Positions 1 through 7,302 of a stretch of 46,243 nt of DNA are shown here, piece by piece. Every line of letters begins with the position of its first letter. The first letter of the stretch is position 1. The notes under the pieces were generated by a model. That model was not told the origin of the DNA, made no database searches, and saw nothing but the letters and a program-made list of their open reading frames with translations. Both the position numbers and the translations under genes were made by a program. The stretch comes from a virus: the UHGV virus genome UHGV-0087301. The stretch is one strand, 5' to 3'.

Positions 1-4
1 CCCG

Positions 5-126
5 TGTTAGAATAATAAAGCCATATATATAGGGGCTTTTTCCTTTCATTCATTCAATTTGAATATATGGCTTGTTTTTTGGTGGTAGTCCTTTAAGTCT
101 TCCAGGCTCTAGGACTACCTTTTTTA
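5..126 (+). ncRNA. Putative antisense sRNA with its own promoter and terminator
   Basis: Extended -10 TGtTAGAAT at 5-13. 11-bp stem at 18-28/63-73. 9-bp stem at 84-92/111-119 followed by T6. Opposite strand to the flanking genes. Confidence 0.5.
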
Positions 127-142
127 ATTTTTTCAATCCTTT

Positions 143-340
143 TTAATACCTTGTAACCTCCTCAAGAATTAGATCATAATCTTTATCAACTCTAATTTCA
201 TAATCATAATTTTCACCAAAGATACAATAACCGCCAGGCTCTTCCTTGTCGGTTGTTTCTTGCGTTTCGAGCGGTTCTGTTAACTCTTTTAAATTTTCAA
301 CGGTTAACCACATACCACCGATTTTGATTTTTCGTTTCAT
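143..340 (-). CDS. Small acidic hypothetical early protein
   Basis: 65-aa ORF with AGGAGG RBS and a sigma70-type promoter directly upstream. Confidence 0.75.
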   Translation of the reverse strand: MKRKIKIGGMWLTVENLKELTEPLETQETTDKEEPGGYCIFGENYDYEIRVDKDYDLILEEVTRY

Positions 341-370
341 TTTTTTGATCCTCCTTTTCTTTACGTCTAT

Positions 371-399
371 ATAATATCACTTTACATTGATATATACAA
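371..399 (-). promoter_or_regulatory. Sigma70/SigA-type early promoter
   Basis: TTGTAT-17 bp-TATTAT with TG extension on the minus strand. Confidence 0.6.
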
Positions 400-426
400 G
401 CAAAAAAAAGAAGTTTTTTAATTTTT

Positions 427-618
427 TTAAACTTCTCTTTTTCCATCCTTATATATATCTTTTTTTATAAGCTCTTTTATGTATCCTTGTTTGTTAGGTG
501 CACTATCCAGGGCTTTTATAATATCGCTATCGGTTTTTATATTTAATTCGATCGCATATCTTTTAGTATTTTTCCTAGAGTATTTTTTTGATGCCTTTTT
601 TTGTGCTTCTGTTGCCAT
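427..618 (-). CDS. Ribbon-helix-helix/Arc-like DNA-binding protein
   Basis: Likely start MATEAQKKASKKY after a GGAGG RBS. The pattern YAIELN...DIIKALD...NKQGYIKELIKKDI is typical of small phage RHH proteins. Confidence 0.6.
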   Translation of the reverse strand: MATEAQKKASKKYSRKNTKRYAIELNIKTDSDIIKALDSAPNKQGYIKELIKKDIYKDGKREV

Positions 619-644
619 GTTTAAACCTCCATTTCCTGATTTTC

Positions 645-683
645 TTTTGACAATCAAACTAATATATTTTGACTATCAAACTA
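645..683. promoter_or_regulatory. Tandem palindromic operator pair
   Basis: TTTTGAC(A/T)ATCAAACTA at 645-661 and 667-683, 22 bp apart. Each contains TTTGA-N3-TCAAA. Confidence 0.5.
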
Positions 684-745
684 TCTCATGCATTAAGTAT
701 ATTCTTTTTACAATTAGAGAATATCACTTTAAAGATATAAAGTCA

Positions 746-850
746 ATTTACAAAATACAAAATATAATTTTGAGAAATTTTACAAAATACAAAATCGAGA
801 AAATACAAAATACAAAATAGAATTTTTATAAAATACAAAATTAGAAAATA
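746..850. repeat. AAAATAC/AAAAT short tandem-repeat tract
   Basis: Several copies of aaaatacaaaat in a non-coding region, followed by a very AT-rich stretch to ~1100. Confidence 0.6.
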
Positions 851-1102
851 ATTTTTTTATAAAGAAGAAAAAAATCCCTATATATAGATATATATAATAT
901 ATATAAATACTAATTAGATAATATTAGATATATTACTATTACAAGAAGATAAGAGATAAATATATATACTTAGAATATATATACTACAAGTAGTAAATAT
1001 AAACTACTTAAGTTTATTACATAGTATTACGTATATTATTTCTGCTAAGAAATAATATTAAGTAATACATATAGAATATAATCTAATAGTAGTGCTAAAT
1101 AT

Positions 1103-1137
1103 AAAAAAAAGAATTTCTTGGCGAACCTCGAAATTCT
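1103..1137 (-). terminator. Intrinsic terminator
   Basis: AGAATTTC...GAAATTCT stem followed by a T-tract on the minus strand. Confidence 0.65.
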
Positions 1138-1838
1138 AAAATATCCTCCTGCATTGGTTATTTTAAACCGTACACATTCCCTGCCATATCTATTCTTCTG
1201 TAAAAAGGAGCTTCTTTCTGTATTCAAAAACGTAAAAATGGAGGATTTGTTCTATATGCCAGTCTGTTTTTGCAACTCAATTGGTGATGACTGAAACGTT
1301 GTTCTTAATATATGTGTACGGACGTTAGATATGGCACATTGCTATTCGCTTGTCGTAAGGCTTCATACAGGCTTGTTTTGTCTGCCTGAATGTATTTGCC
1401 TATCTTCGCTTATAATCGCTCTCTATATGCTCGTTTAATGCCTCTATATGTCTGTTGCGACCTAGGGGTAGTTTTTCTGTTGCGATTGGGCGTACTGTAA
1501 TTGGGGGTACTGCAATCAGTGGTATTTTCATTGAACCCCCTCCTATCTTTTCCACTGCGTTAGGTGGTGTCTTTTTATCGTGCATAATGGACATATATGC
1601 TCCATGTCCATCTGAATAAGTCGATACATCTGCATCTCTGTATGTTAAATGCCAATTTACTGAACAATTCATTGTACAATTCATTGAATGACCTCGTATG
1701 TTATGGAAAAACCCTTGTTTTGCCTCGTATATTGAAATTCGTTGTTATTTTAACGAGCGACTGGTGAGGCATGTCCAAGGGCGAGACGAACCAATCAGCT
1801 CAATATAAGTATATCATTCTTTCATAAAATGCGATTTT

Positions 1839-2141
1839 TCACGATTCGTCTTTTTCCCTTGTCTGCCAGTAATATTTGTACTTCTCAGGTCTTTCGTGTC
1901 GCTTGTGCCATCTGTCATTTACAAGGACTTTCAAGACCATTTCTTCCTCAATCAATACTTCTCTGTCTCCCTTGATTTCCAAGGCTTTCCATATGCCTTT
2001 TTTATGCTTGTATAAAAGCTCACACACTCGAATGTCTTTCCCCTTGGTAAAATATACATCCGATTGAACTATGTCTCCCTTTATCAACTCCTGCCCTTTA
2101 TAGAGTTGATACTGTTCTTCAGGATATCTGTAAGGTCTCAA
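1839..2141 (-). CDS. Hypothetical protein
   Basis: The 3' part of ORF 1839..2327. The likely TTG start overlaps the mazF stop codon (TTGA coupling). Confidence 0.55.
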   Translation of the reverse strand: MRPYRYPEEQYQLYKGQELIKGDIVQSDVYFTKGKDIRVCELLYKHKKGIWKALEIKGDREVLIEEEMVLKVLVNDRWHKRHERPEKYKYYWQTREKDES

Positions 2142-2455
2142 AGAATGCCTAACTGCACCATGAGCGATGTTTTGACTTGTCTCAATTCTGTATCGCTTAG
2201 TGCACCCATTCTTCTGCCTACAGTGTCCTTGTCGATTGTCAAAATCTGTTCGGTTCTTACCACTCCACAATGTGTATGCACGTGGCAAGGTAAATCCATT
2301 CGCTTCATGCTTGTTGTCAATGGACATACCTGCACTGTGCTAGAACCCTGATTCTGAAAATCGTTGCTAATGATGAGACATGGTCTGTTTTTGTCTAATA
2401 TAAAGTCATTGTACGTTGGTAAACTGCACCAATGTACATCTCCATATCTAATCAT
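2138..2455 (-). CDS. mazF: PemK/MazF-family endoribonuclease
   Basis: Motifs GDVHW, RPCLIISND, VCPLTT and EQILTID. AGGAGG RBS. Confidence 0.85.
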   Translation of the reverse strand: MIRYGDVHWCSLPTYNDFILDKNRPCLIISNDFQNQGSSTVQVCPLTTSMKRMDLPCHVHTHCGVVRTEQILTIDKDTVGRRMGALSDTELRQVKTSLMVQLGIL

Positions 2456-2468
2456 CTCTCTATGCCTC

Positions 2469-2903
2469 CTAGAATGGATAATTGTAATTATCGTACTGGT
2501 TTGGATTATAATATCCGTTGTCTGATTGACTGTATTCCTGACTGTCTGCTTGTTGCCCTTGTGCCTGCGTGTTCTGTTGTTGTCCTCGTTTTGTTTCCAA
2601 GAAGTGTATTTGATTTACCAGCACTTCATTTACAGATACTGTGCTTCCTTGCTTGTTCTTATACGTTCTGGACTGGATTCTTCCCTCTACACCGATAAGA
2701 GAACCCTTTTTAAGATACTTTCCCATGTTCTCTGCTGTTTTGTTCCAAGCTACACAAGTAATAAAATCTACATCTTGCCCACTTTCGCCTGCTTTCATTC
2801 GGTTAACTGCCAAACTAAAGGTGACTGTGCTTTTGCCTGATGCAGTCTTTCTTAACTCTACATCACGCACCAATCGCCCAATCAGTACCACTTGATTTAT
2901 CAT
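2469..2903 (-). CDS. ssb: Single-stranded DNA-binding protein
   Basis: MINQVVLIGRL, FSLAVNR, KGSLIGVEGRIQSR and a C-terminal PF tail. Confidence 0.95.
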   Translation of the reverse strand: MINQVVLIGRLVRDVELRKTASGKSTVTFSLAVNRMKAGESGQDVDFITCVAWNKTAENMGKYLKKGSLIGVEGRIQSRTYKNKQGSTVSVNEVLVNQIHFLETKRGQQQNTQAQGQQADSQEYSQSDNGYYNPNQYDNYNYPF

Positions 2904-3133
2904 CGTCTTAAATAACCTCCTAAACGCTCTAGCGTTCGTTCTTTATTTTCTAATGATTGTTTCAATTCAAAATTTTCTCGTTCCAAGTGTACGATATAAT
3001 CATGTACACATTTCCAAGGTTTATACATTGCGTATAAGCCTTGTTTCTTAAGTACATATTCGATTGTTTCCATGTCTTCTTTTATTTCTTTGTTACGGAT
3101 TTGTGCTTCTTCTTTCAATTTAACAATCTCCAT
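2900..3133 (-). CDS. Hypothetical protein
   Basis: ORF overlapping both neighbours in the operon. Confidence 0.65.
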   Translation of the reverse strand: MEIVKLKEEAQIRNKEIKEDMETIEYVLKKQGLYAMYKPWKCVHDYIVHLERENFELKQSLENKERTLERLGGYLRR

Positions 3134-3575
3134 ATCTAAACTCTAATTCTTTAACAGATTCTTTACCGTAATTGTTTTCAGTACATACGATATATCTATC
3201 AATGTATTTTTTGTCGAAACGAACAAAATTGATCATCGTTGTGTCATAGGAATATATACAACACATCTCTATATGAAATTTTTTATTAATTTCACTAAGA
3301 ATAGACATCAATTCTTTCTTTAGATTTTCTACAGTAGTATCTCTTAGCGTTCCTACAATCGAAACAGAATATTGCGTTTGATATTCAAATGTTTTTCCGT
3401 CTTTATAACCTGATACGTTATATCCGTCTAAAATACTGACATGATATTCGCAAGGTCTTTCACTTCCACTTGTTTTAGGCAGTGAATCAAGAAATGTTTG
3501 AATACTTTGTTCTGTTTCGGTATGAGAATATGTGTTAATTAAGATATTCCCATTTACATATGTCCACATACTCAT
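3120..3575 (-). CDS. Conserved hypothetical phage protein
   Basis: 151-aa ORF with MSxWTxVNG, SGSE and GTLRD motifs seen in Bacillota phage proteins. Confidence 0.7.
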   Translation of the reverse strand: MSMWTYVNGNILINTYSHTETEQSIQTFLDSLPKTSGSERPCEYHVSILDGYNVSGYKDGKTFEYQTQYSVSIVGTLRDTTVENLKKELMSILSEINKKFHIEMCCIYSYDTTMINFVRFDKKYIDRYIVCTENNYGKESVKELEFRYGDC

Positions 3576-3859
3576 TCTTTCAAACCCTCTCTTTCAATCA
3601 ATCTTTTTTCTTTCTTTTGTTTCATTGCATAAAGCTCTTCATCATCGATATAGTACATGATTTGTAACTGTTCTAAACAAATCATAATATCTGCCATTTT
3701 CTCCATTAAACGTTCTCTTTCTTGAATAGGTAACATTGTCTTTGGATGCATACATATACTAATCGCTTGTATCAATTCCTCGCATTGTTTTTGAACTTCT
3801 ATACTTTGAGAACGGATTCCATTTTTCTTGACTAGCTTTTCTATCATTAATCTGTCCAT
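3572..3859 (-). CDS. MazG-like NTP pyrophosphohydrolase fold, degenerate
   Basis: xxCEELIQAIS...ExMADIMICLEQL pattern. Two canonical glutamates are substituted. Confidence 0.65.
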   Translation of the reverse strand: MDRLMIEKLVKKNGIRSQSIEVQKQCEELIQAISICMHPKTMLPIQERERLMEKMADIMICLEQLQIMYYIDDEELYAMKQKKEKRLIEREGLKE

Positions 3860-3862
3860 GTT

Positions 3863-3943
3863 TTATTCCTCAACTCGAAAAATATACTTTTTAAGTCTTT
3901 CTTCGCCAATTTCATCAATGGCTTTTGGTGATTTATACATCAT
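3863..3943 (-). pseudogene. Remnant C-terminus of a paralog of 4844..5326
   Basis: Encodes KAIDEIGEERLKKYIFRVEE versus KAIDEIGEERLKKYVFQVEE in the paralog. Confidence 0.6.
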
Positions 3944-4824
3944 TTTTCTACCTCTATACCTGTAATCTGCTTGAAGATTTCTTTATCAAAATTAGGCGTT
4001 GTTTTAATCAGCTCTTTAGCTTCGTTACTTAAACTATCCCACCAATTCAAACATGCTTCTTCAAATGTGTATTGTTTTAAATAGCCTTGAATAGCTTGCC
4101 TAATAGGGCTATCTTCCATTTCTTCTTCTGTGTACCAAATCCATTCAGTTAATTTAAATGGACCGCTTCTTAACGCTGCATACCAATCTTTATAAATAAT
4201 TTCTTCCCATGTTAAACCGCTATCTTTATTAAAAATAGGCACTGTTTTTTCTTCGGTGTTAAATAACCCTGTAGATCTATCACAAACGTTAAACATTCCT
4301 GTGTTCCTGTCGCCTGTGTTCATGTCGCCTGTGTTCCTGTCGCCTGTGTTCCTGTCGCCTGTGTTCATGTCGCCTGTGTTCCTGTCGCCTGTGTTCATGT
4401 CGCCTGTGTTCCAGTCGCCTGTGTTCCTGTCGCCTGTGTTCCTGTCGCCTGTGTTCCAGTCGCCTGTGTTCCTGTCGCCTGTGTTCATGTCGCCTGTGTT
4501 AAACAATCCCGTGTTACCATTTTTTAATCCACGTAACATAGCTAGTTCTTCACCTGTGATTTCACGCAAGATTTTAATTTTGTTTGAACCGCATTTTCTT
4601 TTATCTTCTACTAATTCGCCTAAAACTTCGATTTCACAAAATCTATTATTATTTTCAACTTTAGCTGAATAAAATTCATGAACATTTTCTAAGCTCTTGC
4701 AAAAATGAAATACCTTACAACTGCATAACTCTAAATTTTCTGTATAACCTGTATCGTAAGTTTTACCGATTTCAAATTGCATTCCTCTACATCTTAAGTT
4801 TTTATCAAATCCTTTAATAAACAT
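3940..4824 (-). CDS. Pentapeptide (NTGDx) repeat protein
   Basis: N-terminal KGFDxxLxCRGxQFEIGKTY...FHFC domain followed by 13 NTGD[R/M/W] repeats. Confidence 0.85.
   Translation of the reverse strand: MFIKGFDKNLRCRGMQFEIGKTYDTGYTENLELCSCKVFHFCKSLENVHEFYSAKVENNNRFCEIEVLGELVEDKRKCGSNKIKILREITGEELAMLRGLKNGNTGLFNTGDMNTGDRNTGDWNTGDRNTGDRNTGDWNTGDMNTGDRNTGDMNTGDRNTGDRNTGDMNTGDRNTGMFNVCDRSTGLFNTEEKTVPIFNKDSGLTWEEIIYKDWYAALRSGPFKLTEWIWYTEEEMEDSPIRQAIQGYLKQYTFEEACLNWWDSLSNEAKELIKTTPNFDKEIFKQITGIEVEK
4306..4500 (-). repeat. 13 x 15-bp coding tandem repeat
   Basis: Unit AACACAGGCGAC(AGG/ATG/TGG). Confidence 0.95.
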
Positions 4825-4843
4825 ATTTTTATCCTCTTACTTT

Positions 4844-5326
4844 CTATTCTTCTACCTGAAATACGTATTTCTTTAACCTTTCTTCTCCAATCTCATCAAT
4901 GGCTTTTTGAGCTAATTCTTCTGTGTCAAAGTAAATAGAACCTTGAAACTGATAAATATACCAAAAATCAACCTCTACTTTTTTATTTGTATTGTCGAAT
5001 CGAATTAAATAGTTATTTTGTTCATACTTAAACGTTCTTCTACCATACTTGAGCATGATAGCTTCGCATTTTCTGCGTTCTAATTCGAATTTGGCTTCAT
5101 CATATGTTAAGAATGCATTACCATTTTCTCTAATTGCTAAATCCCACGCATTTCCATTCCAAGTAGCATAATTATTATTATTAATGGTACTAATATGCCA
5201 ATATTCATCGCCATCTTTTAAATCCCAAACTGTTTTTGGTTTAGGCTTTACCAATAACTCTTTTAACTTATCTTCATCAACTAAATATTCTCCGTATTTA
5301 GCTTGTATTTCATTTAATTTAATCAT
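4844..5326 (-). CDS. Conserved hypothetical phage protein
   Basis: 160-aa ORF with GNAFLTxxEA and IYFxTEELAQKAIDEIG motifs. Confidence 0.75.
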   Translation of the reverse strand: MIKLNEIQAKYGEYLVDEDKLKELLVKPKPKTVWDLKDGDEYWHISTINNNNYATWNGNAWDLAIRENGNAFLTYDEAKFELERRKCEAIMLKYGRRTFKYEQNNYLIRFDNTNKKVEVDFWYIYQFQGSIYFDTEELAQKAIDEIGEERLKKYVFQVEE

Positions 5327-5714
5327 AATTTTCGCCCTCGAATCCTTCGTAATCGTCTGATACGATGATACAGTTGTCTAAAATTTCCCCGATAGTCATC
5401 GAGCATCTTTCAACACTATTCATATCTTTAAAATATCCTTTATTTTTCATTGCCATTAAAAAATGAATATCATTAAATTTAGAAAGTTTTCCATGATACT
5501 TAATAGTGTCATATTCCCATTATTTTAATTTGATAGGTTCTTTGTGTTCTTCTAAAAGCCAGCCAAAACCTTTTTCAGAATATTTCTTAAAATCATCATC
5601 TCGTAATGCGATTACTAAATTAACTCCGATCTGTCCTTTTAAATCAGACGTTTTAGTCCAAACTTCATTTTCTGCAATCATGCCAATTTCGTTAAACCAT
5701 TCTAAATTCGTCAT
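5319..5714 (-). pseudogene. Hypothetical gene interrupted by an in-frame TAA
   Basis: Start MTNLEWF with AAGGAG RBS. TAA at 5520-5522. The frame stays open for 66 more codons to a stop overlapping the next gene. Confidence 0.55.
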
Positions 5715-5941
5715 TCTGTTTCTCCTTTCGAGTTTTTTTCGAGTGCCTTTCGAGTGGTTTTCAGTCCTCACTCGAATATTGCTCGTTCTTTTCTTTTAAC
5801 AATAATTCAACTATTTCAAGAATGACATCATCACTAACCTTTATTTTCTTTATAGTTAGAAATCTGTCTTTTTTGTATCTGCACTCAAAAATCCCTAAAT
5901 GGTGTCCGAAATAAGTACAAGTAGTATTTTCATAAATCCTC

Positions 5942-6211
5942 CTAAAACAACCTCGGTTGCTCGTTATACATTCTTCTTAATTCTTCGTAACCATTTGTCC
6001 AAGTCGCATCGTATATTTGATTGCCTACCTGATACATCGAATAACTGTTATATCTATCAGGCTTTACAAATGTCTTAGCTAACAAACACACATGACCATC
6101 TCTTTCAAACCAATAATCATGATTCATAATCTGCAATGTGTATCTGTCGGCAGGATATACTTCAATTTCTTCCTGACTGAACAAATTTTTTGCAAAAACC
6201 TTATTGTCCAT
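5942..6211 (-). CDS. Hypothetical protein
   Basis: 89-aa ORF overlapping the upstream gene. Confidence 0.65.
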   Translation of the reverse strand: MDNKVFAKNLFSQEEIEVYPADRYTLQIMNHDYWFERDGHVCLLAKTFVKPDRYNSYSMYQVGNQIYDATWTNGYEELRRMYNEQPRLF

Positions 6212-6473
6212 TCAAATACTCCCTTAATGAGAAATGGAATTTTTCAATAACTTCAATCACTTCTTTGAGTGTCATTGTCTTTTCCTGCACTTCTTCTAAA
6301 AGAATTTTATGTAGACACCCCTTTAAAGCCGTCTCTAGGCTTGGATAGTAGCCAACATTGTCTTTCCTGATGTATTTCTCCTTGGTGTCTTTTTTCTCGG
6401 CTTCTACAAGCTTCTGCAAGATAAACTGTGTTCCGTCTGAAATGACCTGATATTGTTCGTTTATTATTACCAT
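6201..6473 (-). CDS. Conserved hypothetical phage protein
   Basis: AGGAGG RBS. YxxxSDxxQFILQK and GYYxSLExAL motifs. Confidence 0.7.
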   Translation of the reverse strand: MVIINEQYQVISDGTQFILQKLVEAEKKDTKEKYIRKDNVGYYPSLETALKGCLHKILLEEVQEKTMTLKEVIEVIEKFHFSLREYLNGQ

Positions 6474-6639
6474 TTCACTCTGCCTCCTAAATTTTTAAGT
6501 ACCATAAGCTCTTAAAGCGAATTGCCTTAAGATATTCCTGAACCTCTGCAAGTGCTATCTCGTTTTTGAATGTATCTATCTCATCCATCAATCGACACGC
6601 TTTTTTTAAGACTTGCAAGAAGTTCTAACTCCTTGTTTT

Positions 6640-6984
6640 TCACATTTCCACCTCATCATCTTTAGGAACAAACTTTTTAAACACATTGTAGTATCTTCCA
6701 GTGTTACCCAACGCTCGTTTTGCAATTGCCATTGCCAATCCTTTTTCTTCATCAAACTCATCACCATGTGCTTTAACAACTGTTTTTGTTCCGTCTTCCC
6801 AAAATACAATGGTTGCTGGATTGTTGAAGATAACACGCTTGATTTTGAAAACATCTTGCAAAACCATCTCCTCGATTCTCTCATCAATAACTCCAAGCAT
6901 TTTGATAGGACTGTCAATAGGAATGTTAAATGGAAATCCATCGTCCCTTGTTCTGTTAATTTTATCTAAATCAAATAAAATCAT
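6640..6984 (-). CDS. Conserved phage protein (IFNNPATIVFWEDGTKTVVK family)
   Basis: GAGGAG RBS and a recognisable widespread phage motif. Function unassigned. Confidence 0.75.
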   Translation of the reverse strand: MILFDLDKINRTRDDGFPFNIPIDSPIKMLGVIDERIEEMVLQDVFKIKRVIFNNPATIVFWEDGTKTVVKAHGDEFDEEKGLAMAIAKRALGNTGRYYNVFKKFVPKDDEVEM

Positions 6985-6986
6985 TT

Positions 6987-7190
6987 TTACTCCTCCTCGA
7001 TTTTCACAATCGTATATTCTCGTTTTAAATTTAGATGCCTTGCGTAACAGTTTCGTACTCTTTTCTCAGGCACTTTTAAGTAGTTCGCTATTTGTCGAAC
7101 ACTGCCAACAAACACGCAATCATCTTTTGTGTTGTACAAAGCATAGGTGCATAGTCTTTCATTTGGCTGTTTCTTTCCTGACATATTCAT
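6987..7190 (-). CDS. Small putative DNA-binding protein
   Basis: 3' part of ORF 6987..7259. YALY...FVGSVRQIANYLKV looks helix-turn-helix-like. Confidence 0.5.
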   Translation of the reverse strand: MNMSGKKQPNERLCTYALYNTKDDCVFVGSVRQIANYLKVPEKRVRNCYARHLNLKREYTIVKIEEE

Positions 7191-7302
7191 ACCCCTCTTG
7201 TTGTGGCATTGGTTGATAGTCTTTGATAATCGCTTCTTGCATAAATAGTGCGAATCCAAACCATATCAGATACAACACAATGCCAATTGCTACTTTTCTC
7301 AT
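7159..7302 (-). CDS. Small membrane protein (47 aa, not in ORF track)
   Basis: MRKVAIGIVLYLIWFGFALFMQE..., with ATGA coupling to the upstream stop. Confidence 0.5.
   Translation of the reverse strand: MRKVAIGIVLYLIWFGFALFMQEAIIKDYQPMPQQEGYEYVRKETAK

Noticed and set aside
1282..1300. Hammerhead ribozyme core (gtgatga...gaaac)
   Set aside because: It lacks the CUGA start and stem II, and the flanking helices do not fit.
1400..1684. 94-aa ORF as a real protein
   Set aside because: Atypical composition and built on short DNA repeats. An internal RBS-ATG (43 aa) exists, so it is not fully excluded.
427..2455. RHH protein as the cognate antitoxin of MazF
   Set aside because: They are separated by 1.5 kb and a terminator, so there is no operon-level support.
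4306..4500. CRISPR array or DGR variable repeat
   Set aside because: The units are contiguous in-frame coding repeats with no spacers, and no cas or reverse transcriptase gene is recognisable.
5520..5522. Stop-codon reassignment
   Set aside because: TAA, TAG and TGA all end well-conserved genes elsewhere, and long ORFs are intact under the standard code.
5760..5935. Gene after the AGGAGG-ATG at ~5933
   Set aside because: All frames close quickly. It may be a deletion remnant, but no product can be supported.
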